This document shows positions 39,394 to 50,432 of a stretch of 64,000 nt of DNA, piece by piece (position 1 is the stretch's first letter; every line of letters begins with the position of its first letter). This stretch comes from a virus, in IMG/VR virus record IMGVR_UViG_3300014202_000879, positions 117,889 through 181,888 of that record; one strand, 5' to 3'. Made by a program: the position numbers and the translations under genes. The notes under the pieces were generated by a model, which was not told where the DNA came from, made no database searches, and worked only from the letters and a program-made list of their open reading frames with translations.

Positions 39394-40113
39394 ATGAACA
39401 CAAGGACTCGTGTACCTACCCTGTCCAAGCAACTGCTTCGAGCCACCAGCTCAGAGCAGTTGATTTGTACAGAAGACTGTTTTATTGAGGCACCTACTCG
39501 CTTTATGACATCTGGGCTGGGTAACCTCTCAGCAAAAAGCAACGTCTATGGGTCTTTGGCCATCCTGGACAGAAAAGGCAACTATACCGTTACGAACATC
39601 CCTAACTTGCTGGAGATAGAACCTCACGACATCACCACTTTTGAGTTGGATGGTGATGAGACGGAGTATTACAGGTTTGAGTTCAAGAGAGGACAGCCTG
39701 TTATCCTAGACATGAACGTGGTGATGTCCGACGACTTGATGTACAACATCTTGAACGAATACATCTTCAAAGGAAAGGTACCTTGGTATATCGAGCCCGA
39801 TGACTTGTACCGGATCTTTGACTTTGCCAAGAGCCATGCCAACAGCAACATCCAGATCTCGTATCAGATCATGGAGCTGATCATCTCTACGGTGGTGCGC
39901 AGCATAAAGAATCGCCAGTTGCCTTTTCGTCTTGATCACAAGTCTGCTAAAACCAGCAAAGACTTCAGCTATGTTCCCATGGCCAACGTGTACTATGGCG
40001 TCCAAGCACCTTTCAACAAGTTGTCTGGTGCCTACATGCAGGATGGCATTATCAGTGCCTTGGTAACAAAACCAGTAGCGCCTGGTATCAACGAGGTGAT
40101 TCTGAGATCATGA
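39394..40113 (+). CDS. conserved virion-associated protein (phiKZ gp176-like by synteny)
   Basis: 239 aa; GKVPWY, ELIISTVVR and FNKLSGAY motifs; precedes the protease. Confidence 0.65.
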   Translation: MNTRTRVPTLSKQLLRATSSEQLICTEDCFIEAPTRFMTSGLGNLSAKSNVYGSLAILDRKGNYTVTNIPNLLEIEPHDITTFELDGDETEYYRFEFKRGQPVILDMNVVMSDDLMYNILNEYIFKGKVPWYIEPDDLYRIFDFAKSHANSNIQISYQIMELIISTVVRSIKNRQLPFRLDHKSAKTSKDFSYVPMANVYYGVQAPFNKLSGAYMQDGIISALVTKPVAPGINEVILRS

Positions 40114-40153
40114 CAGAGACCTTTCCTATCCGTAACCACTTTAAAATCACAAA

Positions 40154-40957
40154 ATGAAATACGTTGCAACAAAACTCCAGGCTCTCAATACCGACGGCGT
40201 GATCAAGCCGGATTCTGATGGTTACTTTCGCTTGTTGATTGGTGCCCTGAACGTAGAGAACACCAATGGCCACGTCTATGTGGCCAGCCAGCAAGCTATC
40301 GGTGTGTTCGACAAATCCAGTCTGTTTCAGCGCCGTGTCAAAAACGGCAACCTGCGTGGTGAATGGGGTCACCCCAAACGCCTGCCTGGCATGAGCGACG
40401 AAGAATACATCGACCGCATGTTTATTGTGGATGAAGCCAACACCGCTGTCCACTACCGCGCCATCGAACTGGATATGTCCTTTGGCAAAAACAATCCGGT
40501 GCACAACAACCCAGCCATGGTGGGCATTATGGCCGAACTCAAGCCAGCGGGTTACAAGGAACAAGAAGCCCGCAACATGCTTATGAACAAGTTTGAGAAC
40601 GTCTGTTTCTCCTTGCGTGGCTTTACCGACGATACGCAGAACGGCTACAGGTTGATGCGTTCTTTGCGCCAAGTCATGACGTTTGACCTGGTGTGTGAAC
40701 CTGGTGTGAAAACCTCGACCAAGTGGGATACCGCTGGTGCGAAATTCGATACGCGCCTGGCTATGGAAAGCCTGGACGACTACGAGGTCTCTCGTGCTAT
40801 GATGCACAAAGCCATTGAACGCGCCAAGTTCAGTGCCTTGGCTACCGAGGATTCTCGGGAGCTGATGATGAGTGTCTACAACGACATGACTGCACGCAAT
40901 GCTCCGCGCAATGCTTTTCAAACGGTGAACAACAGCTCGCTGATTGCGCGCATCTAA
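40154..40957 (+). CDS. prohead core protease (phiKZ gp175 / T4 gp21 family)
   Basis: IGALNVENTNGHVY, LRGEWGHP, CFSLRGFT, TFDLVCEPG. Confidence 0.9.
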   Translation: MKYVATKLQALNTDGVIKPDSDGYFRLLIGALNVENTNGHVYVASQQAIGVFDKSSLFQRRVKNGNLRGEWGHPKRLPGMSDEEYIDRMFIVDEANTAVHYRAIELDMSFGKNNPVHNNPAMVGIMAELKPAGYKEQEARNMLMNKFENVCFSLRGFTDDTQNGYRLMRSLRQVMTFDLVCEPGVKTSTKWDTAGAKFDTRLAMESLDDYEVSRAMMHKAIERAKFSALATEDSRELMMSVYNDMTARNAPRNAFQTVNNSSLIARI

Positions 40958-40963
40958 CCCCTG

Positions 40964-40999
40964 TACCCCACTAGGCGCTGGTGTGCGCCTAGTGGGGTA
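40964..40999. terminator. intergenic hairpin
   Basis: TACCCCACTAGGCGC-TGGTGT-GCGCCTAGTGGGGTA, 15-bp stem. Confidence 0.6.
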
Positions 41000-41061
41000 T
41001 AAAATATGTTTTGCTGCTTTATCCAATGGCATATTGACCTGTTTCGACAACTGTTACAGTG

Positions 41062-41079
41062 ATATATACTCAAACTGAG
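41062..41079 (+). promoter_or_regulatory. putative early (vRNAP) promoter motif
   Basis: ATATATACTCAAACTGAG upstream of 41127. Confidence 0.65.
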
Positions 41080-41126
41080 GATGCAGACGTGTTCCTCTTA
41101 ACCTTTCATGAAAGACCTCTCTCAAA

Positions 41127-41648
41127 ATGTCAAAACTCTCCCAAGAAGCGAAAGCGCACCTTGATTCACTGGCTGCCCTGCAGGCGGCCATCTCCGAACT
41201 GGTCGTGGTCAACCCAACCACCGGCGAAGTGCCGGATGGCAACAATGACGGCACGGTCTACAACCAAGCAATGCCAGACGGCATCACCCCGACACTGGTG
41301 TCCGCTGTGCGGACATACGACACCAACTTCGGTGCCGCACTGCGCCAAGTGGTGTCCATGAAGGGCGTCGATGCCATGGCAGCCAGTCCCGGTTTGCAAG
41401 AAGTGACTGGTTCCTTTGACATGTTGGGCGGCATGAGTCGCAACGTGTCGACGACACGTGAGACCAAGTACTACCCCAACGGCAAGACCAATGGCGATGA
41501 GCCCGTGATTCACTTCGGGGTGACGACGGTCAAGACCACCTTCAGCGACAACGCACCCAGTGGCGTATCGAACACCCTGAGGGAACAGATGCGTTCGTAC
41601 GGGGTAACCATGTTGTCCGGACAGAAGTCCGAAACGACCTCGTCGTAA
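41127..41648 (+). CDS. conserved hypothetical protein
   Basis: 173 aa, monocistronic between the promoter motif and a terminator; strong codon bias. Confidence 0.75.
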   Translation: MSKLSQEAKAHLDSLAALQAAISELVVVNPTTGEVPDGNNDGTVYNQAMPDGITPTLVSAVRTYDTNFGAALRQVVSMKGVDAMAASPGLQEVTGSFDMLGGMSRNVSTTRETKYYPNGKTNGDEPVIHFGVTTVKTTFSDNAPSGVSNTLREQMRSYGVTMLSGQKSETTSS

Positions 41649-41663
41649 CCGCCTGACCAAGAC

Positions 41664-41712
41664 ACCGACCCCATGCTGCAACTTGGCAGCATGGGGTCGG
41701 TTCTTTTTTTTT
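41664..41712 (+). terminator. intrinsic terminator
   Basis: ACCGACCCCATGCTGC / GCAGCATGGGGTCGGT stem then TC-T9. Confidence 0.8.
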
Positions 41713-41714
41713 GC

Positions 41715-42593
41715 TTAGATGACGTTACCGGCGAGATCCTCCACGCCGAACTTGTAGCCAGTAGGTGAGGTCATCACGTTTTGGTCTTCTTCGCCAGCGA
41801 TCCAGGCTGGGCGACGGCTTGGATCAGCATCCACAAACTGCATCTCGTCCAAGTAAGCTTGGGCGTACGCAATCGTAGCACGGTTGTAGGTAGAGAAGCC
41901 AGTCATCGGGATCGACAGATCCAGTTTACTGGACGCAACGGTTGGGTCACGCACGCCGTCGACATCGCCTTGGTCCATGGGCATGACGTTGGCGGTGATC
42001 CAGCACTTGTCCACCTTCAGGCCAGATGCATCGGTTTCGTAGGCCATGATGGTGGAGGTATACCATTCGGCACCCCAACCACCGGCTTCCTCGATAGCCT
42101 CACGGTAGCCTGGCAGCGTCATCGCCAGCGGCATCTTGGTTTCTGGATCGGCCATGCCGATATGCATCCACCAGCCAACAAGACTCTGAATAGGCCGGCC
42201 TTTGCGTTCATGGTAACCAAACACGGGTTCGGTACGCACCCGTTTCATGTCCGTCAGGGCCTGCAGTTTCTCGCCAGCGAAACCGATATCGACTTCATCG
42301 AACTCGGGCTTCAGGGCAGCATGGAAACCTTCAACCTTGGTAGGCAGCGTCTCGAAGAAGTTCTTGAACGCTTTGTAGAACTCTTCCTGGTTGTCGGTCA
42401 GGGAGATGATTTTGGGAGCAGCCAGCATCACCACGGTGAGTGGTTTCGGGATGTACAACTGGCTCGACAGCAACACACGCTCATCGGGTGCGTAGCCGAA
42501 CTGGCCGATGTCGGAGAGACTGACAGCACTGGCTTGTGGTGGTGCAAAACCAACGCCAGGCCTTTGAAAATTGGTAAGGAGTACGGAAGCCAT
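41715..42593 (-). CDS. tail tube protein (phiKZ gp30-like)
   Basis: GQFGYAPD...YIPKPL, ER.GRPIQ..V.WW...MADPETK motifs; downstream of the sheath. Confidence 0.8.
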   Translation of the reverse strand: MASVLLTNFQRPGVGFAPPQASAVSLSDIGQFGYAPDERVLLSSQLYIPKPLTVVMLAAPKIISLTDNQEEFYKAFKNFFETLPTKVEGFHAALKPEFDEVDIGFAGEKLQALTDMKRVRTEPVFGYHERKGRPIQSLVGWWMHIGMADPETKMPLAMTLPGYREAIEEAGGWGAEWYTSTIMAYETDASGLKVDKCWITANVMPMDQGDVDGVRDPTVASSKLDLSIPMTGFSTYNRATIAYAQAYLDEMQFVDADPSRRPAWIAGEEDQNVMTSPTGYKFGVEDLAGNVI

Positions 42594-42635
42594 TTTTTGA
42601 TGTCCTATTTGAGTTGATGGTGGTATGGATGAAAA

Positions 42636-42660
42636 CCGGGGTGGTTACACACCACCCCGG
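42636..42660 (-). terminator. hairpin between sheath and tube
   Basis: CCGGGGTGGT / ACCACCCCGG followed by T4 on the minus strand. Confidence 0.5.
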
Positions 42661-42668
42661 AATCTCAA

Positions 42669-44882
42669 TCAGGCATCTTGAAAGCGAACGGCCTGAACGT
42701 AGTGGAACATCACCGTGTTGGGCGTACTGCCTTCGATACGCACAGGCACAGTGATGCTGTTTCCACGAAACTCGTCCATGGTGGAGAACTGCGCCATGGG
42801 TGTGATCACGTACTTGCCGCCGAACCGGTCTTTCAGGTAAGCGCTGATGCGTTGGTTGTACATGGCCGCGAGCACCGAAGGACGGATGCCTTCTTTACCC
42901 TTGAGCTCACGGTCAACCCGGCAAACCACGCTGTTGACCGTGGCGCAGCACGATGTGAACATGTCGGAGATCAGGTTGGAAGCATCGGTGTCGTAGATGG
43001 TGCGGAACACCGGGAAGTGGAACGACTTGGTGTCGAACTGGACTGGGAAGACCAGACCACGGTCCCAAGCGTTGAACACGTTGGTGGGCGACACATGCTC
43101 GGGAAGAATGTTGTAGCCCAACTTCAGAACACTGCCAGGAGAGCCATCGTAGGCTTCGGACATGCGCCATCTGCCGTCACCGCCACCCATCATACCTGCG
43201 CGCATCGCCGCACGTTCAATGATGCAGGACACGCGGTCTTTGTAGCGGCTGTTGCGAAGCAGTTCGGTACTGGGCGTGATGGTGGCACGACACACCGAAG
43301 TGTTGAAGTAGTCCGATTCGGGATACAGACTGGCGGCCGTGCGAAGCATCTCGCCTTCATCGATATGCCAACCGGGGGTATCGGCATCACCGTTGGCGAT
43401 ATCGAAAAGCAACGCAGCCAGTGCGTCTTGTTCGGGCACGCTCTTGGGGTTGATGTAGGTCGCCCAGTGAACATGGGTGTTCTTGCGGATGGCGATCATC
43501 TTCAGCAAAGCCAACTTCGTCGCATGCGAGAAACCGGTGTCATAGACTTCGGTCTCGACGTTTTTGGCGATGTTCTGAACACGGTGCTCGGAATCGGCGT
43601 AGTTGTTCATGTAGTTGCGAACGCTCAGATCGAACATGGGGTAGTTCCCGTCCGCATCGCGCAGCGTACCATCGGAGCCGCCACCCAAGAAGATGGAAGT
43701 ACCCGAGGTCAGACGAACCGCATCGGTGTTGTCTTCCCAGCGGATGGACCGGTAGGGAGCTCCGTTGCTGGCTTTGCCGCCCAGCAGGTTGTACATGTAT
43801 TTGTCACCAGAGTCGCTGGAGAAATCGGTACCGACCACACGGCCCAAAGTAGCACCAGGCGTCGTCTCCAAAGTCCAGGTAGCGACTTCTGCTGCATGCA
43901 GCAAGCCCAGGATGTGGTCGATGTTTTTCTGGTACACCTTGATCTCGGAGATGGGGCCGTAGACCTTGGTGTATTGCGGATCGTCGATCTTGCGGTAGGA
44001 AGAGACCACACCTTCACCCAGATACAGAGCGTTCTTGGTTGATGGGTGGTAGGTTTCTGGCTTCAGGCCTGTGCTGACCGACGTGGCGCCCTTCAGGGTA
44101 ACTTTGGGTTTCAGCGGCAGGTACTCGTCATCGCGTCCAGCAACCATGAAGTTGACAGGGTACATTTTGAGTTGGTTGATCAGGGCGGTGGGCACGATAG
44201 TACCGTTTTCGCTGACAGGCGACCACATACGGATGGCCGTGTTGTCGCCGACGACACCCTTGAAGGAGTGCACGACCGTGCAGATGGGAAAACGAATCGA
44301 TGTGGCACCCGGTGCACCGACAGCATCCACCAAAACACCAGGGTGGGTAGCCACGTTGGCCACGACATCGGTTGGATGGAACGGACTTCCGCTTCGCAGG
44401 ACAGAATCGGTGCCGAAACTGACGGCATAGCCTGCGACTTCATCCACAACGGGATGCAACACCGGATCGCCCTCTGAGTCGTACACGATCGCGCCGGTCA
44501 GAGGGTCGTGCTGGTAGTTGGGGACGTTGTTCACCGGGAGAAGATCGGCGTAAATGGTCACGAAGGACTTTTTGGCATCGTCCGGCGTAACACGGTACAT
44601 CATCATGGCGTTGGTCTTCTTCACGAAGGCCTCGGTGATGAGTGGAGACTGGTGGGTGGCAAAACGACTCTGCAGGTCGAACGTCAGAGCGCCGAACAAG
44701 TTGACCAAATTGCTGACCGGGGTGAACACAGGTTCGTTGTCAGGACCGGTTTGTCCGTAGGTAAACACAATCGGCAAATGCTGTGGCAATGTTTCAGGCA
44801 ACAGCGGCACTGTTGGCGCACTGTCGTCCAAAATACCGAACAGATACTGCGCGGGGGCGCCAGATGGGATATTCATGTCCAT
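42669..44882 (-). CDS. contractile tail sheath protein (phiKZ gp29-like)
   Basis: PQHLPIVF, FATHQ, FLGGGSDGT, YDTGFS, LYPESDYFNT motifs. ATG 44882 (track start 44945). Confidence 0.85.
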   Translation of the reverse strand: MDMNIPSGAPAQYLFGILDDSAPTVPLLPETLPQHLPIVFTYGQTGPDNEPVFTPVSNLVNLFGALTFDLQSRFATHQSPLITEAFVKKTNAMMMYRVTPDDAKKSFVTIYADLLPVNNVPNYQHDPLTGAIVYDSEGDPVLHPVVDEVAGYAVSFGTDSVLRSGSPFHPTDVVANVATHPGVLVDAVGAPGATSIRFPICTVVHSFKGVVGDNTAIRMWSPVSENGTIVPTALINQLKMYPVNFMVAGRDDEYLPLKPKVTLKGATSVSTGLKPETYHPSTKNALYLGEGVVSSYRKIDDPQYTKVYGPISEIKVYQKNIDHILGLLHAAEVATWTLETTPGATLGRVVGTDFSSDSGDKYMYNLLGGKASNGAPYRSIRWEDNTDAVRLTSGTSIFLGGGSDGTLRDADGNYPMFDLSVRNYMNNYADSEHRVQNIAKNVETEVYDTGFSHATKLALLKMIAIRKNTHVHWATYINPKSVPEQDALAALLFDIANGDADTPGWHIDEGEMLRTAASLYPESDYFNTSVCRATITPSTELLRNSRYKDRVSCIIERAAMRAGMMGGGDGRWRMSEAYDGSPGSVLKLGYNILPEHVSPTNVFNAWDRGLVFPVQFDTKSFHFPVFRTIYDTDASNLISDMFTSCCATVNSVVCRVDRELKGKEGIRPSVLAAMYNQRISAYLKDRFGGKYVITPMAQFSTMDEFRGNSITVPVRIEGSTPNTVMFHYVQAVRFQDA

Positions 44883-44966
44883 GGGAGTTCCTTGTTGAGG
44901 TGGTTTGTGAGTGAAGGTAACTTCTAGTGCCGTCTCTGGCAACAATTTATGAAAGAGAGAAAAGTA

Positions 44967-45989
44967 ATGATTATTTCAGATGCGTACAAGACAAAATGGG
45001 GTTCTTTCGTGGTCACTGACCAGATCAAGAACCAAATTCAGATGGCCATTGCACGGGACTCGATCCAACAAGTGGATCTTGGTGTAAGACCTACTACCAG
45101 TATCAAGTCAATTTTTTTGACTGGAGTCTTTGAAAGCGAACAAGGCGTACACATCTTCTCGCACCCAATGCTCGTCGAATCACGAAGCGGCCAAATGTAC
45201 CTTTGTAGTGACATGAGGATTCATTTGACGACGGATATCCGAAAAGCCACGGCTGTGGATGTCCAGAACTCCATTGACCAATTTGTCCGAAACAGGGTGG
45301 ATTTTGGCTTTGCCAAATCCCGTCATATTCTCAACCTGGCATGGCTGTCTGGTCAAGTTGGCCATATTAAGAACGGCCTTAAGTTTGCATCTGAGGTGTA
45401 TGCCAGCCTCATATCCCAAACAATCTCAAGAGGTTTTGGGTTGGATTTCGAAGACCAGCTCAGAATCCAGATAGCGGCACACCACTATTACAACTGTCAG
45501 TTCACCAATGACATAGCAATTGATGACGATATGCTCTTGCAGTGGGCCAGTCACATCATTGAAGCGACCAAGAGCAACTCCTCCACCGTGATGGAGATTT
45601 TGAAAGAAATGAAGGTATGTGGCTCGTTGTCTGAGTTTTGTACAGAGATTGCCCGGTTGTGCGACAACAGTCGTCTGAAGGACTTCAACGAGGTTACGTT
45701 GGTCACATTGTTGAAATCCTCTTGGTTTGGTACAGACGCAAAAAACATCATCGGTGTTATGCTGGAACACCCCCCTACCTGGGTGGCTGTTTTGTATGCG
45801 GTGCTCAACAGCCGCACGTTCAAACACAGCGCTATCTTCGACCATGCCAATCGCTTAGGCGGTCGTGGTAAGTCCAAAGATTTTGTGCTGAGCTATGTCG
45901 AGCTGGTGAGTCAGTATTCGGTGGACAAGCTGGCCACAGAATCCGCCGACCGTGTCAACTACATCGAAGATTACCTGAAGCCTTTTTAA
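44967..45989 (+). CDS. virion structural protein (phiKZ gp28-like)
   Basis: Divergent from the sheath; LEHPPTWVAVLY motif; alternative ATG at 44949. Confidence 0.7.
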   Translation: MIISDAYKTKWGSFVVTDQIKNQIQMAIARDSIQQVDLGVRPTTSIKSIFLTGVFESEQGVHIFSHPMLVESRSGQMYLCSDMRIHLTTDIRKATAVDVQNSIDQFVRNRVDFGFAKSRHILNLAWLSGQVGHIKNGLKFASEVYASLISQTISRGFGLDFEDQLRIQIAAHHYYNCQFTNDIAIDDDMLLQWASHIIEATKSNSSTVMEILKEMKVCGSLSEFCTEIARLCDNSRLKDFNEVTLVTLLKSSWFGTDAKNIIGVMLEHPPTWVAVLYAVLNSRTFKHSAIFDHANRLGGRGKSKDFVLSYVELVSQYSVDKLATESADRVNYIEDYLKPF

Positions 45990-45998
45990 GGAACGACC

Positions 45999-48656
45999 AT
46001 GAGTCTCGGACACCTGCTCCAATACGTGACCGAACATACTTGGTGCGACCCAAGACAAGACAACCAGTATGTTTTCAAAGCAGCAAAGATATCACCCTTC
46101 CTGGGTATTTACAACCACATCGACATCGTCGGGCGGCGTCTGGCATTGCCTGAGAAAGGCAAGAAGTTCCATGTGTTTCAGATTGGAACTGTAACGCCAG
46201 CCATGTTGGGGTTGCTCGGGACAGGACCCAGTTGGGCTGAGAACAACTGGAGGAATTTCTCTGACAGTATGATGGCTCAGAAAATGGTGGCCGATATCTT
46301 CACGCCCAACGGCGAAGTGTTGCCTCGGTTCAACAGCTATTACTGCGTGACCAAAGAACGCGTGTTGGTTTTGTGTGTAGAAGATGATCAGAAGTTGGGA
46401 TTCAACTACACCACCACACTGCTTTACTTGCGCGTGTACGCCAACAACTTCTACAAAGCAGGTGTGATGGATGAGGACAGTGTTGTTTTCGCCACGGGCC
46501 ACAAGAACATCACGTCCATACAAAGAGCAGAGATCCAGACCACCTACGCGGAGTACCTGGCCAAAGATGGGAAATGCCTGTGCTACATCAATGGTTACCG
46601 TGTACCAGATTTGTACATCGTGAACATCAACGTGGGCGACACAGTGGAACTGGTCTACGATGGCTCTGTGATGGATTTCAGAAGCTATCCAATCGCTCAG
46701 CTGCGCAGTTTCTTATCCACCAAAGACGGTGTACAGAAATACCTGATTCACGACCCCGGGAAAACCGTGGACGGAATTGAGTACGTGGACGATATCGATT
46801 TCTACGTCAAGTGTGTTTACAACTACATGAAAAGCGGTGTAGTGCACATCGGGACCAAATCTTATCTGCTGAGCATGGGCAGCTCTAAAAACAAAAGACA
46901 GGTCACTCACCGTGACTACAGTGTGAGCGTAGATGGCGTAACGACTATCGGCAACAACCTGAAAGCCGACATTGAGTCGGAACATGGGACAGCTGTCGCG
47001 ACACCTATTCTGGTGGCCAACATGAGCATTGACATGGTAGTCAGGAAAACAGCACCCGAGCGTGTACTGGCCAAAGATGCCAGCCGTATCTTTGAGCTCT
47101 ACAAGCTACCACAAGAAGCTGTGATCGAAGCAATGGCTGGAAACATGTCTACACTACCTATGTGGACAGCGGCTGCTTTGGAGAACAGCGACTACATCAA
47201 ACATATGTCTACGCCCTACGAACACCTGACTGCAGAACTGCTCGGTGGTGCGTTTGGTTACAACGGCATCTCTGTGGCAGTGGGTTACACACCCACAGAA
47301 GCAGTGGATGACGGCAGCACCAAAACAGTACTGCTACCTCACCAGTTGCGTGAGAACAGCACGGTGTACGAATATGACTCCGACGGTCTGTACATTGGAA
47401 ACTATCCGCACACCTTCGGCAATACACACACGGTGAGTACAGAGAACCGGCCGATCACCCAGTTGGCTGAAGTTATCTCTGGCAGAGGCACCAATCGCCC
47501 CAATCTGAAATTTGGCACCGACAACATCCCTGTCACACCAGGTTGCAGCTACAGAGTCTACCGGTGCAGCATCGAAGGTGGTGAGCCTAATGATGTCTGG
47601 CTGGACATCACAGATACCGACAAATACGAGGTGGTGGGTAACACCTTGTTGTGGCTGGATACAGCTGATGTTATCCGGTACCTGGCGGTTTCTTGCGATG
47701 ACACTTTCCTGCAAATGGATATCCAGTTACAGATGACGGGTGGGGCTCTTGAGTTTGACTTGGTTCAAGAGGAAGACCGTGGCAGTGGCTACGCTCCAAG
47801 GGTTATGACCATCCCTCATGGGCAACTCGACATCATCATGAACAATCACTCCATGATCAGAGGCATTGACTACTTTGTCAATTTCCCCAAGATCAGGGTG
47901 GTCAACAAAAACTATCTCAAGCAGCCTTGCTCTGCTGAGTTGCAGGATATACACGTACGCATGGTGGGATTTTGTTCCCCTACCATGCAACTGGACAACG
48001 ACGAGGATGTTGGGTTCATTCAGTTTGGCACCTTGTCCAACAACCAGAAGTTCGACATCCGGGACGACAAGGTACTCAGGATCACGGTGGATGGCAAGCT
48101 AATCACCAGAGACCAGCTGATGTTCTCAGAAGAAACGCCTGATGTCTTTATCGCCAGTGCATTGAATGGATTGCCCTACCAGGTCAAGGACATTGTCGTT
48201 CCTATCAATGCGTACACCGGTAACATCGATACATACACAATGCGTGCACAGTCTATGGTTGTGGACCAGCAAGTCAGCAACTACATGACCATGTACACCG
48301 ACCAACCTGTACACGACATCAACATGATTGTCACAGGGGTCTATACCCTGGTTAGTCCCTACTTCAGCGTCATCTTGGACGACATGGTCAATGACGTCAT
48401 GACCGAAGGTCAGTGTGCTTTGCTGACGCAGGATACAGACATCATGAACTTTTTCCTGACCTACGACTTTCTTTTACAAATGGACCCACTCAACAGTTCG
48501 CTGGCTGGGATGAACAAATTTGTGAAGATCGTTGTGCATCCTCATGAATACACACTGGGTGTAAACATAAACCAGTACCGTGTTCTGGAGAGACTGGCGC
48601 TCATCAAGTCAGGTACCAGGATCGACATCAGTACCCATGTTACACTGTTAACCTAA
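45999..48656 (+). CDS. virion structural / baseplate protein (phiKZ gp27-like)
   Basis: WCDPRQDNQY, FHVFQIG, LNGHSLI-like MNNHSMIRGIDYFV, IRDDKV motifs. Confidence 0.75.
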   Translation: MSLGHLLQYVTEHTWCDPRQDNQYVFKAAKISPFLGIYNHIDIVGRRLALPEKGKKFHVFQIGTVTPAMLGLLGTGPSWAENNWRNFSDSMMAQKMVADIFTPNGEVLPRFNSYYCVTKERVLVLCVEDDQKLGFNYTTTLLYLRVYANNFYKAGVMDEDSVVFATGHKNITSIQRAEIQTTYAEYLAKDGKCLCYINGYRVPDLYIVNINVGDTVELVYDGSVMDFRSYPIAQLRSFLSTKDGVQKYLIHDPGKTVDGIEYVDDIDFYVKCVYNYMKSGVVHIGTKSYLLSMGSSKNKRQVTHRDYSVSVDGVTTIGNNLKADIESEHGTAVATPILVANMSIDMVVRKTAPERVLAKDASRIFELYKLPQEAVIEAMAGNMSTLPMWTAAALENSDYIKHMSTPYEHLTAELLGGAFGYNGISVAVGYTPTEAVDDGSTKTVLLPHQLRENSTVYEYDSDGLYIGNYPHTFGNTHTVSTENRPITQLAEVISGRGTNRPNLKFGTDNIPVTPGCSYRVYRCSIEGGEPNDVWLDITDTDKYEVVGNTLLWLDTADVIRYLAVSCDDTFLQMDIQLQMTGGALEFDLVQEEDRGSGYAPRVMTIPHGQLDIIMNNHSMIRGIDYFVNFPKIRVVNKNYLKQPCSAELQDIHVRMVGFCSPTMQLDNDEDVGFIQFGTLSNNQKFDIRDDKVLRITVDGKLITRDQLMFSEETPDVFIASALNGLPYQVKDIVVPINAYTGNIDTYTMRAQSMVVDQQVSNYMTMYTDQPVHDINMIVTGVYTLVSPYFSVILDDMVNDVMTEGQCALLTQDTDIMNFFLTYDFLLQMDPLNSSLAGMNKFVKIVVHPHEYTLGVNINQYRVLERLALIKSGTRIDISTHVTLLT

Positions 48657-48668
48657 CACAAATCAACC

Positions 48669-50369
48669 ATGCCCAATCAAAACAACACCATTCAAGGTAC
48701 GGACGGCCACTACCCCGTCTACGATCTCACAGAAGGATGGAAAAACCGTTCCATCGACGATGTGTACACCGGTGGCGTAGGCGCAAACAAGTTTGTGGCC
48801 AAAGTACGCGACTACATCACCGACCCAGAGACGTTCACAACTTACAAAGTAATCAGCGTCAACCCTGACTACACACCCAACACGATCGAGATTCGGCCAT
48901 CCTACATGACAGGAATCATCCCATCCTCCGATGTGGTGTTTGGTTCGCTGTCTGGTTTGGACAGTGTGGGGTATCTGGTGTACCTGGACAAAACCACGAT
49001 GCCTTACACGCTGAACGTGGATACACACCTGCTGGTCACGCACCCAGATGCAGCCTATGCCAAAGTGTTCCATGGGTCGGACACAACACTGTCTGGCGAA
49101 GTGATCAGCCGCATCTACGACGGCTCGAACAACTTCGTTACCGACAATGTACCTCTGGCGTCCATCGCCATCAACAACCATTCGAACATCGCAGTCAAAA
49201 CTCTCACGACTTGCAAAACCACCAAAAACATGAATGACCGTGACATGGTCACCGTGGTGGTCTATACCGCCGGTGGTACTGTGGTGGACAAGAAGATCTG
49301 TTTCGTGGAGAACACGGGATTCATTCGTGACTTGAATTCTGCTGAACGGATGATCAGCCATATCGAGCTGGTTTCTGGTTTGATGTCCCCGACCACGTCT
49401 TTCCAAGTCGACGCCCCTATCGGCTTGGAGCTGTCTGCTGTCAACTTTGAATGCAAAGTCTGGTACACCGATGGTTTCAACACAACACTGCCTATCGACG
49501 GCAACAAGGTGGCTTTGTATGGACTGTCTGACTACTCAGCCACCATCGAGGGTCATGCGACGACGCTGTCGTTGCGCTACAAACTGGGTGCCAGTGAGCA
49601 GACCACCATGGTCACCGGTGGTGTAGGTGCGAACCGTTCCATCACCCAAAACTACCGAATCAAAGTGACTGCCACGCGGCCTTCGTCCACAGTCAAACTG
49701 TTTGCGTTCCCGGAATGGGACAGCATCAACCTCAGGTACAACCTGCGGTGGTTCATGACGACATTGGACCGTGTCCTGTGGCGCGATGTGACCAACCAGG
49801 TGGTTATCGTCACACCCATTGGTGGCTTTGATGGCACGCTGATGAATGCCGCTCAAAACCTATCGGTGCAGTTGAATCTGTTTGACGTCTCAGCAGTTTT
49901 CGACAATCTGGTCATCTCTCAACTCACATCGGTTACGCTGCGCGACATCAACAACCCAGTACCCTGGGTGGTCAAGCATAAGAACTTTGCAGGACAACCA
50001 GAGCAATCTGGCAACATCCGTGTGATACGTGTGACGGATTCCTCTATCAATCTTGGCAGCAGCGCGGCCGACCTACCTGAGTGGCTGACCAGGTTCTATC
50101 TGAACAGCGCGCCTTTGATCAATACGGCAGCTGAACTCACACCCCCTACCCCTACCCATTTCCGGGTCTACAAGCGCAACGGAAGCATGATCGCTCCGAT
50201 CACGTCGCATCTGACGACAACCAACTGGAACAGCAACGTTTCTGTGTCGTTAGGTGTGGGCGAAACCCTGGATATCGACAAATCCCTTACGGTGGTTTTC
50301 TACAGGGAAGCCAGCATGGGCAACTACATCGAACTGGGCTTGGCTCATGTTCTGATCAAAGCAACATAA
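48669..50369 (+). CDS. virion structural / baseplate protein (phiKZ gp26-like)
   Basis: YTGGVGANKFVAKVRDY and VKLFAFPEWD motifs; synteny. Confidence 0.7.
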   Translation: MPNQNNTIQGTDGHYPVYDLTEGWKNRSIDDVYTGGVGANKFVAKVRDYITDPETFTTYKVISVNPDYTPNTIEIRPSYMTGIIPSSDVVFGSLSGLDSVGYLVYLDKTTMPYTLNVDTHLLVTHPDAAYAKVFHGSDTTLSGEVISRIYDGSNNFVTDNVPLASIAINNHSNIAVKTLTTCKTTKNMNDRDMVTVVVYTAGGTVVDKKICFVENTGFIRDLNSAERMISHIELVSGLMSPTTSFQVDAPIGLELSAVNFECKVWYTDGFNTTLPIDGNKVALYGLSDYSATIEGHATTLSLRYKLGASEQTTMVTGGVGANRSITQNYRIKVTATRPSSTVKLFAFPEWDSINLRYNLRWFMTTLDRVLWRDVTNQVVIVTPIGGFDGTLMNAAQNLSVQLNLFDVSAVFDNLVISQLTSVTLRDINNPVPWVVKHKNFAGQPEQSGNIRVIRVTDSSINLGSSAADLPEWLTRFYLNSAPLINTAAELTPPTPTHFRVYKRNGSMIAPITSHLTTTNWNSNVSVSLGVGETLDIDKSLTVVFYREASMGNYIELGLAHVLIKAT

Positions 50370-50374
50370 TGCTA

Positions 50375-50406
50375 CACCTACATGGGCCTCGCAGCCCATG
50401 TAGGTG
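50375..50406 (+). terminator. hairpin after the structural operon
   Basis: CACCTACATGGGC-CTCGCA-GCCCATGTAGGTG, 13-bp stem. Confidence 0.6.
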
Positions 50407-50432
50407 ATGGCTGCATGTATTTTATTTCATTG

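Noticed and set aside
42678-44042. 454-aa antisense ORF over the sheath (similar ones at 34328..36319, 31617..32666, 40088..41050, 58802..59644)
   Set aside because: Stop-poor antisense frames expected from GC-rich, biased codon use in clearly identified genes.
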